From assembly GCA_964016885.1 (NCBI GenBank), contig OZ024742.1:122822001-122886000 (forward strand): 64,000 nt of DNA. The letters run 5' to 3'. The notes under the pieces were generated by a model. The model did no database searches, was not told the origin of the DNA, and worked only from the letters and a program-made list of their open reading frames with translations. This document shows positions 39,301-53,800 of the stretch, in pieces (positions within the stretch are counted from its first letter, which is position 1; every line of letters starts with the position of its first letter). This DNA comes from Eledone cirrhosa (taxonomy: Eukaryota). The translations under genes were made by a program, and so were the position numbers.

Positions 39301-42245
39301 TAGGACTTGATTACTGGAAGCTGAACATGTCATTTCCGGCACGTAAGGCTTACAGGGACCGAGTCAACAATTTAGATAAGCAAAAGTAGACAGGGGGGCA
39401 TCATCAACAACAGATGGTGGGGGGCTCTCAAAAGGGAGATTAGAGTAACTTCGATAGAGTTCAGCAAAGAACTAGCGTTAGAGAAAAATAGAAAGGAAGG
39501 GGAGCTGGTAGATAGCTTAGACGAGGCTATTTGTAGTGGCATTGCAACTGACGTGCTAGCGGCGAGAATGGCATTTGACCATGTCTCCAATGCGAAACAC
39601 GAAGGTTGCATTGTCAGAGCTAAGGCGCGTGCGCTGAGAAACGAGGGAACCAAGACTGTTCGATGGGCCCGCGTGGCGGAGGCGCATCGTGGTAATAAAA
39701 CCACAATTCGGTCTTTCGAGAACCGAGACGGACACGAGATAAGCGATTCCAAGCGGATGTGTGAGGCCTTTCGCCAGCACTTTGCTCGGTTGTTCGGGGA
39801 GAGTGGCGAGTCAGAGAGAGTAGCGGATTTCAGTCCCTACCTTGACGGCTTGCCGCGCATCTCGACGATCGACACTGAGCGCTGCGAAAGGCCGATTACT
39901 TTAGCCGCAATTCAGGACGCCCTCATCGGCTGCCTGAGGCGTAAGTCACCCGGTTTGGATGGCCAGCCCTAGGAGCTTTACGTAAATATGCCAGACTTCT
40001 TCTCCAATCTCCTCGAAGCACTCTACTGCAACTGGCACCAGAATGGGAGTATTCTCAGTTCTGTGAGCAGGGAAGTGGTGACACTGATAAGGAAAGACGA
40101 GAACAAGAGGAATATATTAGACAACTTCAGGCCCATAACTCTTCTCAACACAGAGTTTAAGATTTTGGCCATGGTGTTAGCCAAGAGATTGGCGCTTGTC
40201 GTCGAGGATTTGTTTGGGGAGGCGCAAATTTGCGCAATCCCAGCCAGGTACATACACGACAATCTCCACCTCATGCGATACATCATAGAGAGGGTAGGGT
40301 GTAAGCCTGGCTTCGGTGGGACACCGATCTATTTAGATCAATCGAAAGCATTCGATAGGGTCGACCATCGGTATCTGGAGTTTGTCGTCAAAGAAGCTGG
40401 CTTCGGCCCTGTCTTCAGAAGCTGGAGCGCTGCAATGCACAGCGGTCAAGGTTAATGGCCACCTCTCGGCACCAATTCGGCTCTCCCGATGGGTCCGTCA
40501 AGGGGCCCTCTCTCTTACCTTCTGTACGTATTGACTCTCGAACCCTTACTGCGGGAGCTGGAGCTGTTGCAGTGCTCGAACCGGGACGTGGAAAGGCGGT
40601 GTCGGCTTATGCGGACGACATCACCGTGATGGTGTCGAACACCTCAGAAATCGAGGTGGTCGGCACCTTATTGAAGGAATATGAAAGGTTGACAGGAGCC
40701 AAACTTAACCCGGAAAAGACGGTGGGCATGCAACTCGGAACCTGGAGAGGCAAGCCCATGTCGTCCAACCGCGGCGTGGGGCGCTGGACCCGAAGTTGCT
40801 CGGGGTTTGGTTCGGACCAGACCTCTAGGTGGAAAAGAATTGGGACGAGGTAAAGTGCAGAGTAGCCAGTATCACCCACAAATGGGCTGGGAGGAAGCTA
40901 TCACTGAAAGGTCGGGCAGAGGTCGGGAATGCGTACATAGCGTCCGTCATCTACTACCGCCTGACCGTCGTGCCTTGGCCCCGTCCACGCCTCGTCAAGT
41001 TGGAACGGCTCCTTTTCAAATGATTGTGGATGGGACAAGTTCGGTTGGTGAGGCGGTCCATCTGCTGCTAGCACCCTCTACGCGGAGGGCTGGGCACGCC
41101 GTGGCTAATGATGCGCAGACATGCGTTGGGGCTGCGACATCTCCAGATATTCTGCCTCAAAGGTGAACAGGTGTGGTCGCCGTTTGTCAGACGGGCCTTT
41201 CCGCATCTCATTTCTTTGACTGAGCTGCGTCCTGGGTCAAGAAGAGACCGATACTGGGTGACTGACACCTGGAATGTCGCCAGGAACTCACTGCCCCCTA
41301 TTAAGATGGCAATGCAATCAGTGGAACTTCCACTATCGGGTTCTATAGAGGATTAGAGGTGGGCAAGTGCGATGACGCATTCGGAGAAGCTTTGGGCCTC
41401 GACGAAGTCGAACTGACTAGTCTGTACCGGAGGACTTTCGAGCCGGGGACGATGGACAATTTCCAGAAATCTCCCGCTTGGCAGTGCTACCGGGGGGCAC
41501 TGCCGCTTCGGTATAAGTTCTACAGGCACGGAAGTGCTGTCAGACGGACCTGCCCAAGATGCGCACAGAACGACGAAACCGTTCTGCACCCACTTTTCCA
41601 ATGTCCGTGTATTACTGACTTGTGGAGTTATGTCGAACAGCTACTGTCGCGTGTAGAACGCATCCGGCTATCGGCCGAGTCCATAGTGAAGATCAACCCG
41701 CCGCCTTCTTTTGGTCAGGAAGAGCAGGAAATGTTCCTCTGTTTGGTGGCAGTTGCGAAAGAGGTTGTATGGTGGACGAGGTTGAAAGGACTGAAGACAG
41801 ACACTTTTCTCTTCGGCCAATCCCTCATCAACTCTTTCAAGATTCACTTGGAAAGGAAGGTGAGGGTGGAGAGAGAAGTGCTGGCTCCCAGTACATTTGC
41901 TGAAAGGTGGGTAAATGTGGCGAAAATGGCCCGTGTGAGTGGTTCATGGTGAGTCATGCGGCTGTAAGTAGGTAAATTTGAGGAGTAGAGCGCGAGTGCC
42001 TTTCCAGGGTGCTCGCGAAGCGTCGGGTCGTTCACGATTGGTGGGGTACCTGAGCGAACCCTGGGTGGTCATTCCCCCTATTGGGGAATTTTTTCTTGTA
42101 ATTTTCTTGTTACTTTATTGTTACTTTGTTATTGTTACTTTGTTATTGTTATTCATATTGTTTACTCGATTTTTCTGTAAAACCCCACTGTCCCAGTCTT
42201 TTGTATTGTCCCCTATATGTCGGCCCTTGTGGCCAATAAATGAAA

Positions 42246-42283
<38 letters not shown>
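36361..42283 (+). mobile_element. Tx1/L1-like LINE copy A, near full length, inactivated
   Basis: ORF1 has CCHC-knuckle-like FVCGEETHLQAFC (~37600-37641). ORF2 from 38583 has APE endonuclease (GDWN, YIDRIF), RT (DNFRPITLLN, AYADD) and CPRC..ET..H..C. AATAAA and an (ATT)n tail follow. Confidence 0.93.
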
Positions 42284-42284
<1 letters not shown>

Positions 42285-42299
42285 GGCGGTATTATATAG

Positions 42300-42476
42300 G
42301 GCGATGGATTGGCAGTATCGGTAGAGAGTCGGACACCAGGCTTTGAAGCATAGAGTTACGTCCCTTTATGATCTGAGTTCAAATCCCGCCGAGGTTAACT
42401 TTGCCTTTCATCCTTACGAGGTCGATAAAATAAAGTAACAGTAATGTACTGGGTAATTGTGCCTAAAGTAGAAACA

Positions 42477-42509
<33 letters not shown>

Positions 42510-42510
42510 G
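42300..42510 (+). mobile_element. tRNA-derived SINE with (ATT)n tail
   Basis: GATTGGCAGTATCGGTAGAG, B-box GAGTTCAAATCCC, conserved core and (ATT)n tail. Confidence 0.88.
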
Positions 42511-45500
42511 TTGTTGTTCTTTGAGTCTCAGTCATTGATGTTATTTAGCTGGAAGGTTTGTTGAAATGAATATCAAGCCACTACCTGCAGCCTCAGATAT
42601 TCAGGACGTATCGGAGGGTTCTTGCTGTTCCCAGCACGCATGCCTTTTGAAGTGTTCCAAAAAGCGGGGCGGGACCAATTTTCTTTAACCATCCTTGGTA
42701 ACTCTTTGAGATAGTACCAAGTGCGCCTATGAAAATCGGGATCACTTTAACTTTATGGCAGTAACAAATCCTTTTTACCTCCCACTTTATGTCTTGGTAT
42801 CGGTTATTTTCTCCCTCTCCTTCTCTTGCACTCTCGTGTCGAATGGGCAGGCCACATCTACAATCAGGCACGATCTTTTTTCTTTGTCCACAACCACCAG
42901 GTCAGGTCTATTGTGTTCCAGTTTCTTGTCCGTCTGTATCCTAAAATCCCACAGGACCTTCACCTGATCGTTTTCTATCACCGACTCTGGCTTATGCTCA
43001 TACCACTTCTCAGAATGTGGTAAATTGTTTATTTTGCATAGGTGCCAGTGGATCACCCTGCCCATCACATCATGTCTCCAGCCTTTATAGTGAGTCTGGG
43101 CTAGGTGTTTACACTCGGATACAATGTGAGCCACAGTCTCCTCTCTCTCTCCACAGATCCTGCACAGTGGGCTAGCCTCCTCCTTGTGAATATGGTGCTT
43201 CAGCCACTTCGTTTTGAGGGCCTGATCTTGCGCAGCCATTAGCATTCCTTCTGTAGCCTTTTTAAGGTCTCCTCTGTCCAACCAGTTCCATGTCTGTGGA
43301 TCTCTGAATTCCGTTTTCTCAAAGAAGGTACTATGAAGGGATTTTTCATGAAGGTTGCTCTTTCCCCTCGTTATTTGCTCCTTGGACATCCCCTGGTCTA
43401 TTATCCTCTCCTTCAGTACAATTCTGAGCATTGGCTCCTTACTATCCGTCACGTATTTGTGTAGGTTGTTTTTCTCCATCTGAACACAGTGCTCTATGCT
43501 GATAAGACCTCTTCACCTTCAGATCTTCTTAAGTAGAGTCTACCGACATCACTCCTCTCGTGGAACATGTTGTAGATAGTCAATAGCTTCCTAGTCTTCG
43601 TATCCAAGTCTTTTTGTTCAGCAACATTCCATCTCAGAATTCCCGCACTGTATCTAATAATAGACACAGCTCGGGAATTTACTGCACTTATGGAATTCCT
43701 ACTGTTCAGATGTGACTTTAATACGCTCCTTATTCTCCGAATGTATTCATATCTTATCAATTCCTTCATTTTTTTGTTCTTGATGTCATCAGCCTCCAGA
43801 ATACCCAAATACTTGTATCCTTCTTCAGTGTCAATTTCCTTTATCATCTCACCTGTTGGTACCTGGATTCCGTTGCTTCTGATCAATTTACCCCTCTTCA
43901 TCACAAGGACTCCACACTTACTAATACCAAATTGCATACATATATCATTGCGGAAAATACGGACAGTGTCAACACGCACATCCAACTCCCTCTCATTCTG
44001 CCCGAAGAACTTAAGGTCGTCCATGAAGAGGAGGTGATTGATGGTAAGCTCTCCCTTTCCCAACTTGTATCCTGCTCTCACTTTTCGCAGTATAATGGTC
44101 AGCGGCATCAGGGCAAGGACAAACAACAGAGGGGACAGACTATCTCCCTGGAAGATACCTCTCTTGATTTTCACGCCTTCCAAGGATTCTCCAGCTGATG
44201 TTAACTCTGTTTTCCAGGACTTCATATTTTTGCCCAACAACTGTCTGATGTTATCTGCCACCTTGAAGATCTCTAGGATTTTGGTGATCCAAGAATGAGG
44301 CACCATGACAAATGCCTTTTTGTAGTCTATCCATCCCATGGCAAGACCAGTGTGTCTACTCTTGCAATTCCTCATTACCATCTTATCAATAAGTGACTGG
44401 TCCTTTGTACAACGGGACTTCTTTCGGCATCCTTACTGTTCGTCCGGTAACAAGTTGTTTGTGTGGAGGTGATGGTAGATTTCCTCAGACACAATGCTTG
44501 TCAACAGTTTCCACATTACGGACAGACATCTGATAGGTCTATAGTTGTTAACATCATTACCCTTGGTTCGGTCTTTCATTACTGTGGTACCTTTTGTCAA
44601 CCACTCTGGTACCTCACCCGACATCAAGCAGTCATTGAACATAGTTGTCAGTTTCGGGTGGATGGATGTTACATTTTTAATCCAATACCCCTGCACACCA
44701 TCTGGGCCTGGTGATTTCCAGTTGGTTAGTTTTTTGGCCTCCCCCTTGAGAGTTTCAACTGTGATACTCAAATCAGTTTGTTGGTGTGCCTGTTCACTAA
44801 TCTCCTATTGTACTGTCTCAATCCACACTGCCTGGTCATTATGTTTAACATCCTGCTCCCATATTCCTCTCCAGAATGTTTTAGTTTGTTCCGCCTCAGG
44901 AATCAAGTCGTTGCCTCTTTCTTTCCCTTCAAGCTGTCCAAACAACATCTTATGGTTCTTCTCAAACATGCGGTTCTGTCTATACTGACTGATACTGCTC
45001 TCGTATCGCCTAATTTTTGCACGCTTTGCTACAATGCGTTGCTTCAGTTCCTCTATGATGATATTTAGTCTTTTCCTTCTAGTTTTGTACTTTATTTCCA
45101 CTCTATTTTTAGTGTCTATGTTTTTTAGTGTCCCATTCAGTAGGGACTCAAGCTTTCCAATGTCATTTCTCATTTCCCTGATTTGACCATTCAGTCGTTT
45201 CTTCCACCAAGATTCTGATCTTTCTTGTTTTTTGTTTACTCTCGCTTTTATGCCAAGTAATTTCCTCACCGCATTTGCTGTTGCTTTGAGGATATTGTTG
45301 CACTGGTGAAGGCTCCTCGCCTCAAGGTATGGGATGACTTTGTTTACCTTAGCTGTTGTTTCTTTTAACTTTTTCCTGTCTACAAATCTTAGGTTCATAG
45401 GTTTCCCACTATCATTGTTCATTTCATCTACCACTAAGTTTAGGATATCAACCCAATCTTGTCCTAGTCCGTCAGTATTCATCTCCTCAATGGCCGTATC

Positions 45501-46090
45501 TTTGTTCCAGGTATTATTTATTTCAGCATTCAGATCATTGTCTGTTTCGGATGGTTCCTCCGTTCTCTCAACCTCTTCACCTTCATTTCCCACTGGCTCA
45601 TTTCCAACCTAATCTCTCTGCTCAGTTCCTCCAGTTCCAGCTCGCTTATCCACACAGTAGTTCTTATTACCCGAGCCTGCCCGGCCAATTTTTGTTCATC
45701 TAATTTAAATAGACCAATCTCGTTCCAGTTGTTATGCATCCGTTTCCTATAGCCTTTTTCCTTCGGGTTACTCTTCAGGTAACATTGCATAACAGTTCTA
45801 TTCAATTCTTTCGTCCAGTTGGTTCTGGTCCCTTTCCACCTTCTTCTTCCTCCAACACCAGCAGTATTTGGATGACAGCCAGGTCCCTGTTGCTGGGCCA
45901 GGGAGCACCTAATGGGTGAGAGTCTGTCACATGACATTCCAGTCCCCACTTCAACGTTATTCGATCTGTTTAGGTTCGATATTTAAACACTCATATTGAG
46001 GTTTGGTGAATGTATGGTTACATAACTACCGGTGATTTCATCACCCCTAGTGATTTGATCACCCCCGGTGATTTTAGTGGGGCACTATCA
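42510..46090 (-). mobile_element. second R4/Dong-like LINE (different family), inactivated
   Basis: Motifs [53 protein letters not shown]. Its 3' end abuts the (AAT)n tract. Confidence 0.92.
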
Positions 46091-46342
46091 TGCTGTAGAC
46101 GAACATAAATAAATAGACAAATAAATAGGTAAAAACTTTAAAAAATAAACATAAGTTCCATTGTAAGGTAATGTTTGAATGTCTGACTTGTTTATTTGTT
46201 TGTTTGTTTTTCTTTTCTTTAGGTTTTTCGTTGCTGCTGTCCTGTTTTGAATTTTTTATTTTTTTATTTTAGCTTCATGAGAAGTAGGGCTTTTGCGTTC
46301 AAAACTTTTGAAACTTGTTTCGCCATGTTGCTTATCATTAGG

Positions 46343-46750
46343 TAGATTGGCAGTATCGGTAGAGGGTCAGACGCCATGCTTTGCAGCACAGTTACGTCCC
46401 TTTACGAACTGATTTCAAATCCCGCCTAGGTTAACTTTGCCTTTCATCTTTACGGGGTCGATAAAATAAAGTACCAGTAATACACTGGATAAATGCTGGC
46501 CTTGTGCCCAAAGGAGAAACAATTGTTATTATTATCAGCCGAGGTTAACTTTTCCCTCCATCCCCAATGGGACAAGACAAAGCACCAGCAATGCACTGGG
46601 CAATTGCCGGCCTTGTGCTAAAAGTAACAACAATTATTATGATTATTATATTATACGGGGTCGATAAAAAAGCACCAGCAATGCACTGGGCAATTGCCGG
46701 CCTTGCGCCAAAGAAAGAAAAAAAAATTAAAACAATTATTATTATTATAG
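46343..46750 (+). mobile_element. tRNA-derived SINE followed by two partial 3' copies
   Basis: Full copy 46343-46535, then 3' fragments at ~46537-46650 and ~46652-46750, each ending in ACAATTATT. Confidence 0.85.
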
Positions 46751-46838
46751 TTTAGATTTGACATCGTTTAAACTAAACACTTTGTGGGGTTTTAGAGGTA
46801 CAGCAGCAGAAATGTTTTTGTTGTTTTGTTGTTGCCTC

Positions 46839-46990
46839 TGACCGGGTCATAAAATCAGTCTATTTATATCTTTTGACACCTTCCTCACTTAGTGGGAATA
46901 TTACTATCCTTCTGTCTTAATAGGAGGTGGTGGGAGAGAATAGCGGCGGTAGCAATAATGATGCATAGGTGGTGGTGGTGATGTGATAGT
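46839..46990. repeat. unclassified repeat X, copy 2
   Basis: Homologous to 35878-36030. Confidence 0.7.
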
Positions 46991-46996
46991 AGTATT

Positions 46997-49900
46997 TGGT
47001 TGACAGCCAGGTCGCTACTGCTGAGCCAGGGAGCACCAAAGCATGACATCTTCTTGGAAACACCCATGACCAGCGAAAGGGACGGTTCTACTGTCCCTTC
47101 ACCACACGAACAAGGTAAGTGACCCTTTCTAACTTGCCCCGTTTCTCATCCAGCATGCCCGTACTCAGAATAGGCAGTATAAAGGCACGTGGCCTGGGGT
47201 CATCTTGGAAGCAGGGTCACCTGCTCAACGACCCCAGGTCACTAAACATAGATGTGGTGGCCATCAGTGAAACCAGAATCTCCGAAGCACAAGCCTTCGC
47301 ACCGATCTTCGGCTGCTACGATGTATACGCATCTCCCAGCCGTCCAGGATCGGGGGAGGAGTTGCCGTCCTTTTTTGGAGAGGATTAGATCTCGCGATAC
47401 GGGCTATCTTCCTAGACCCAGAAGGTAAGTCAGTGGTGCTGGACGTGACCGGCAGCGAAGGCAATGCTTTCAGGCTAGTAGCCGTCTACGCCCCAACAGG
47501 GGCAGGAGGGCCAGATTTCTTCAGATGTCTAGAGACCTTTCTTGGAACGTCCCGCTCTTTAGTGTTAGTGGGCAACTGGAACGGTATCTTGGATTCACGC
47601 TGGGATCGTGTGGGGCTAGTGGATAGGGGAGGAGGGTGCAAGAGCCTCACCAAACATCTCAGACGTTTTGAACTGTCTGACAGGTATCGACTGGACCACC
47701 TGAATGTGCCAATGTGGACATGGACAAACCACATCGGGTCATCCAGATCGTATCTCGATAGGGTATTCTGCAGAGAACTAGATAAGGCTAGTATAAGTTG
47801 TCCACAATTTAAAATAGTCGACTACACAGACCACAAATTTGTGATCTGTGAGATCGACATATACAGACATCATAGACAAGGGCCTGGTTACTGGAAGCTG
47901 AACGCGTCTTTCCCGGCGCACAAAGCCTACAGAGACCGGATTAGCGTATTAGTTAAGCGGGCGTTGACGGGATCGGTCGTCAACAACAGGTGGTGGTTAG
48001 CACTGAAAAGGGCAATTAAAGTAGAGTCGATTAGGTTTAGCAAAGGAGTAGTGATAGAGGAAAATAGAGTAGAGGGAGAGCTATTCAGAAAGTTAGAAGA
48101 GGCGTTTAGGACAGGCATCGCAACCGACGTGCTTGCGGCGAGATTGGCACTCGACCAAATCTTCAACGCAAAACATGATGGCTGCGTTGTCAAAGCTAGA
48201 GCGCGTGCTCTGAAACACGAGGGGACAAAAGCCGTCCAATGGGCCCGGGTGGCAGAGGCGCGATGTGGCAACAAAGCTACAATTCGGTCTTTGTCTGACT
48301 AAAACGGGTGCGTGATGCTCGAACCCGAGCCGATGTGTGAAGCTTTTCAGCAACACTTTGCTGAACTTTTCGGGAGCGACGGAGGCCCGGATCGGGGCAT
48401 GGACTTCAGTGCATACCTCGACGGACTGCTTCGGCTCTCGACGACCACGGCACAGTGTGTTCGAAAAGCCAATAACAGCCGGTGAAATACGGGAAGCAAT
48501 GGCTAACTGCACAAGGGGTACATCGCCAGGTTTGGATGGTCTGCCCTACGAGCTTTATGCATTTATCCCAGACTTGTTCGGTGACATCTTGGCAGACGTC
48601 TACTGCAACTGGCAGCAGAACGGGAGCATTCCCAGTTTTGTTAACTGGGGAGCAGTGGCGCTGCTGAGAAAAGACCCGCACAAGGAGGATGTTATCGATA
48701 ATTTCAGTCCCATAACCCTGCTAAACGCAGAGTTCAAGATTTTGGCCAAGGTGTTAGCAACGAGGTTGGCGCTTGTCGTCAAGGATCTGTTGGGAGAGGC
48801 GCAGACATGCGCCATTCCGGACAGATCCATACACGACAACCTCCACCTCATGCGATACATCATAGAGAGGGTGGTTAAGGAACCTGGCAAAGGTGGGGCC
48901 CTGATCAACTTGGATCAAGCCAATTATTCGATAGGATCGACCATTGGTACATGGCGGCGGTCCTCGAGGCAGCCGGTTTCGGGCCCGTTTTCAGGGGTTG
49001 GATCGCAGCAATGTACAGCGACATCTGCTCAGTTGTGAGGGTGAAAGGTCACCTGTTGCAGCCGTTCAGCATCATGCGCTCAGTCCGCCAGGGTTGTCCC
49101 CTCTCGTCCCTATTGTACGTATTGACTTTCGAGCCGTTACTGCACAAACTGGGGGAGATGAGGGGCGTCCCACGCGAACTAGGATGCGGGAAATCCGAGT
49201 CGGCTTACGCTGACGACGTCACCGTGGTGGTGTCGAGCGCCAGACACGTCCAGATGCTCGGCAGCGCTCTCAAGGAATACGAAGCGGTGACTGGAGCAAA
49301 AATAAACCAGGGAAAGTCGGTGGGCTTGCAGCTCGGGACCTGGAGAGGCAAGTCCATGCCGTCCGACAGCGTCGTGGGAGTTGGACGGGTGGACCGGTTA
49401 AATTGCTCGGGGTCTGGTTCGGACCGGACCTCCAGATGAAGAAAAAATGGAACGAGGTGACGAGCAGGGTGGCCTCCCTCACCCAGAAATGGGCTGAGAG
49501 GAAGCTGTCCCTGAAAGGCCGGCCGGAGGTGGCGAATGCGTACATCGCATCCGTCATCTGCTACCGCCTCACCGTCGTCCCTTGCTCCAACCCAACTCTC
49601 ACCAAAATGGAGCGCCTACTCTTCTGCTTCTTGTGGAAGGAACGCGCTCCCATGGTAAGACGATCCATCTGCTGTCAACACCCGTTGCGTGGAGGACTGG
49701 GCATGCCATGGCTGATGATGTGCAAACATGCGCTGAGGCTGCGACATCTCTGGTGCTTCCTTGATGGTGAACAGGTGTGGTCGCCGTTCGCCAGGCACGT
49801 TTTCCCACAGCTCGTCTCCTTGACAGAGCTGCAGTCCTGGGTCAGAAAAAGACCGAGGGATAGCGCTTGGAAACTGGAATGTCTCCAGGCGCTCACTGCC

Positions 49901-50876
49901 CTCTCCCAGCTGGGCACCAGTATCGGTGGAACATCCACCTCGGCGTTCTATAGAGGACTAGTGGAGGGGAAGTGCGACCACATTCTCGGAGAGATCCTGG
50001 GCGTCGAAGGAAATCTGCTGTTTGCTCTCTTCCGGAGAACTTTCAGCCCGGGGCCTATGGATAACTTCCCAAAATCCCTGGCCTGGCAGTGCTACCGGAG
50101 AGCGCTGCTGGATTGAGATAAGCTCTACAGGCACGGAAGTGCCGTCAACCTAGCCTGTCCGAGATGCGCGCAGAGCGACGAAACCGTCGTGCACGCACTC
50201 GTTCAGTGCCCGAGCACTGCCGACTTGTGGAGCTATGTCGAACAGTTGCTGTCGCGTGTGGGACTGATCCGGTTGTCGACTGAGTCCATTGTGCAGATGG
50301 TCTCGCCGTCTTCCTTCGAGGAGGAAGGGGAGGCGGATTTCATCTGCCTGGTGGCCATGGCGAAAGAGATTGTGTGGTGGACAAGGTTAAAAGCGTTAAA
50401 GACAAACACTTTCCTCTTCGGCGAATCCCTAATTAACTTTTTCAAGTTTCACTTGAAGAGGAAAATCAGGGTGGAGAGGCAAGTGTTGCTTTCTAGCAAG
50501 TTTGTTGAAAGGTGGGTGGATGTAGCGAGAATGGTCCGAATATACGTCTGTAGTTTGAGTGATGGGAAAATTTAGAGAGGGCGCTTGCCTTGGTGGTCAG
50601 GGTGGCCGTGGTCTTTTGTGTGGTTTTCGCCACGAGTAACCCTCGGAGGTTTCCCCCCTATTGGGGAATTTTTCATTGTTTCAATTTTCATTTTTATTGT
50701 TTATATATATATGTTTCTATGTCCTTTTTTTTTCTTTTCTTATATAAATACTAAAAATATTTACACGCACAAAACCCCAATCGTACCGTCCTGTACCGTC
50801 CTGTGCCGTCTGTAATGTTTCTCTTGATGTCAGCCCTTGTGGCCAATAAAGAAATCATTATTATTATTATTGTTAT
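46997..50876 (+). mobile_element. Tx1/L1-like LINE copy B, 5'-truncated
   Basis: ORF2 fragments from 47155: APE (YLDRVF, TDHK), RT (QGCPLS, AYADD), C-terminal Cys motif. GGCCAATAAAGAAATC(ATT)n tail. Confidence 0.93.
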
Positions 50877-53800
50877 TGAATGCTATGGTTGACGGAGTCT
50901 CGGCTCTGTAAGGTATTGTAAATTTTGACCGCTATAACAATTGTAAATTGTTTAAAACTTTAACGAAATTGTAGACAAAAACACCCTCCTCCTCGTGAGA
51001 GGGGTCTTTCTGCCCGTTATTTGGCCCTTCGGGTTAAATAACCGCTTATTGGGGTTTTGTGTCCAATATTTATTTTAAACAAAAAAACAACATGGCCACG
51101 AAAAAGAATTTTCATAGGTCACTCACACTCATTCCGTCTTCTTCTTCCTCAATCGTCAGTACAGCAGAGAGAAGATTGTCTCTCTCCCTCCCTTCTCTAA
51201 ATGTGTCTCTCCCCTCCCTTCTCTTTCGCAAGCGACGCCAGTAAAGAAAAATAATTTACAAAATCACGTGAAAAACATGGAAGATTTCTCCACGACGACG
51301 ACAACGACGAAAAAGGTGTGAGCGAAATACGAAAACCCATTGCATTCGTCTGACGTCATGAATAATAACAGTAGCAGCCATAATAACAGCAGCAGCAGCA
51401 ACAGTGACAAGGAAAACAACGGTGGCAGCCGAAACAGCATTAACAGCAGCATAAACAACGACAGCATTAGCAGCAACAGCAACAAAAACAGCAGCAGCAG
51501 CAACAACAACCACAGCAACAGCGGCGGTGGCAGTAGTCCTAGTACCTGCAGCAACAACAAAAGTAACAGCAGCTCTGACGACTACAACAACAACAACAGG
51601 AGCAAAGAAAAATCTCGTTTGCAGGTATCGCAAAGAACCTGGAAACCATCCTCATAACAAATGAGGAATTACAGGAAGCGAAGAAGATGGTGACGAAAAC
51701 CGGACACCGAGCAATCTGCAAGGCAGCCGAAAAATTTTGTCGAAACACAACAGCGCTGTACAGTCACGTACCGTACAGTAAGCACAAAATCCCGTAGGGT
51801 TGAAAGAGCCACAGAGGCTCAAATACAAAAAGCCTCAGGGTCTGTGTGGCAGCGTAAAACGCATATCACCCGAGGCAAGAAATATGCCACCGTAGACGTG
51901 CTTTTTGCCACACCCCAGGAGGCAAAGGCTCAATCATTAGTGACCCTAAGGAGCGAGGAAATGGTGTTCGTGCCCTCCTACTGCAGGCAAAAAATTGGAT
52001 GGCCGCGTCTGTCCTCGTCAGAATCGAGGACAAAACAACTGTACTGAAAGTACAGAAAAGAGTAAGAGAAGATTGGGTCGGCACCTAGATTGAGATGTTA
52101 ATCCAAACCAACCAGGAGTGCATCGAAGATATCCCGGATGTGATAGACTTCGATAACGGCACTCAACTGCCCATAAGTTTGAGGGCAAACGCCCGAAATG
52201 CTTTCGCTGTGGATCGAACACTCACCTCAGGGCCTTCTGCAACGAGAAGACCCTGAGAAAGGAGAAAACCCCCCTCCTTCCGAATCCGGCTCCACTGCTA
52301 CCAGCTACAGGACAAGCGGCAACCAGGAACGATAGGTCCGTGGCACCCATACCCAAGCCACGGAAATCAAGAACAGCAGCAGCAGTGGAAGTATTAACAA
52401 CAACAACAGTAATACCAACTGCAGCTCCAACAGAGACTCCACTACAAACATCACCAACAACAACAAGTGAAAGAGTGGAGCTGGTACCCCTCCCCAACCT
52501 TACGGAATCAAATATGGAGTGTGAGGTGGGAGAGGGATGGCAAAAGGTCGCAAGAAGGCACAAACGCAGAAGCAGCGCATCGTCGCCTTCGAAAAGGGAG
52601 GAAAGAAATGAAAAAAAGGGTAAAGGCTACTGCAAAGAGACTCACAGCAGCAACACCACCAACACCATCACCACCCACACTAGCACCACCATCACCACCG
52701 GCGACAACCCCACCGCCAACAACAACACCTTCAACACCACCACCACAAGCACCAACATCGCAAACACTACAACAAAATACACACACCAAGCAACAACAAG
52801 AAAATACCAGAATCACACCCCACCCCCAGAAAAACAAATGCACGGCAATAAATACACACAACAAGAAACTAATGACTTACATAATTGAACACACAGACAT
52901 TTCACAGCACGACTACATAATACCAGCACCAATCAAAACACCAACGAACATAAGATTGGTAAAAATAACACAGAAACAATACACAAACATTAAAACGAAA
53001 TTCCCCAAAGCAGTTGGTGATTTCAGAGGCCTAGGAGGGACTCTCAACCGGAGAGTATATTCGGACATATTCATAGAAGAGCCGACGACCAGCCGAAGGT
53101 ACGATTCAACGGTCCCTTCACCAGACGATCAAGTGAAAAGTGATGGAGCAACCATCCTTCCTCTACGAAAAGTACGGTAAGTGGTCTTTCCCATCTTTAC
53201 CACTCCATTTTAAACATGACCGCACTCAGAATAGGCTGCATAAATGCGCGTGGCTTGGGGTCGTCAAGGAAGCAGGGTCACCTGCTCAACGACCTCAGGT
53301 CGCTAAACATAGATGTAGTGGCCATCAGCGAGACAAGAATCTCCGAAGCATGGGCCTTCGCACCGATCTACGGCGGCTACGATGTATACGCATCTCCCAG
53401 CACTCCTGGATCAGGGGGAGGAGTTGCTGTGCTTTTTCGGAGAGGTTTGGATCTCGCCATACGGGCCATCTTCCTGGACCTAGAGGGTAAGTTGGTGGTG
53501 CTGGATGTGACCAGCGGAGACGGGCAAGCTTTCAGGCTAGTGGCCGTCTATGCCCTGACAGGAGCAGGGCCGCCTGATTTCTTCCGGCGTCTGAAGATCT
53601 TTCTTGGAACGTCCCGCTCTTTAGTGTTAGTGGGCGACTGGAACGGGATCTTACATGCACGCTGGGACTGTGTGGGATTAGCGGATAGGAGTGGAGGGTG
53701 CAAGAGCCTCACCAACCTACTCAGGCCTTTTGAACTGTCTGAGAGGTACCGATTGGATTTCCCGAATGTGCCAATGTGGACTTGGACAAATCGCATAGGG

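Noticed and set aside
51256-51748. Poly-N/S/A/L/V ORFs
   Set aside because: Low-complexity (AAC/AGC)n region of Tx1 ORF1 read in alternative frames.
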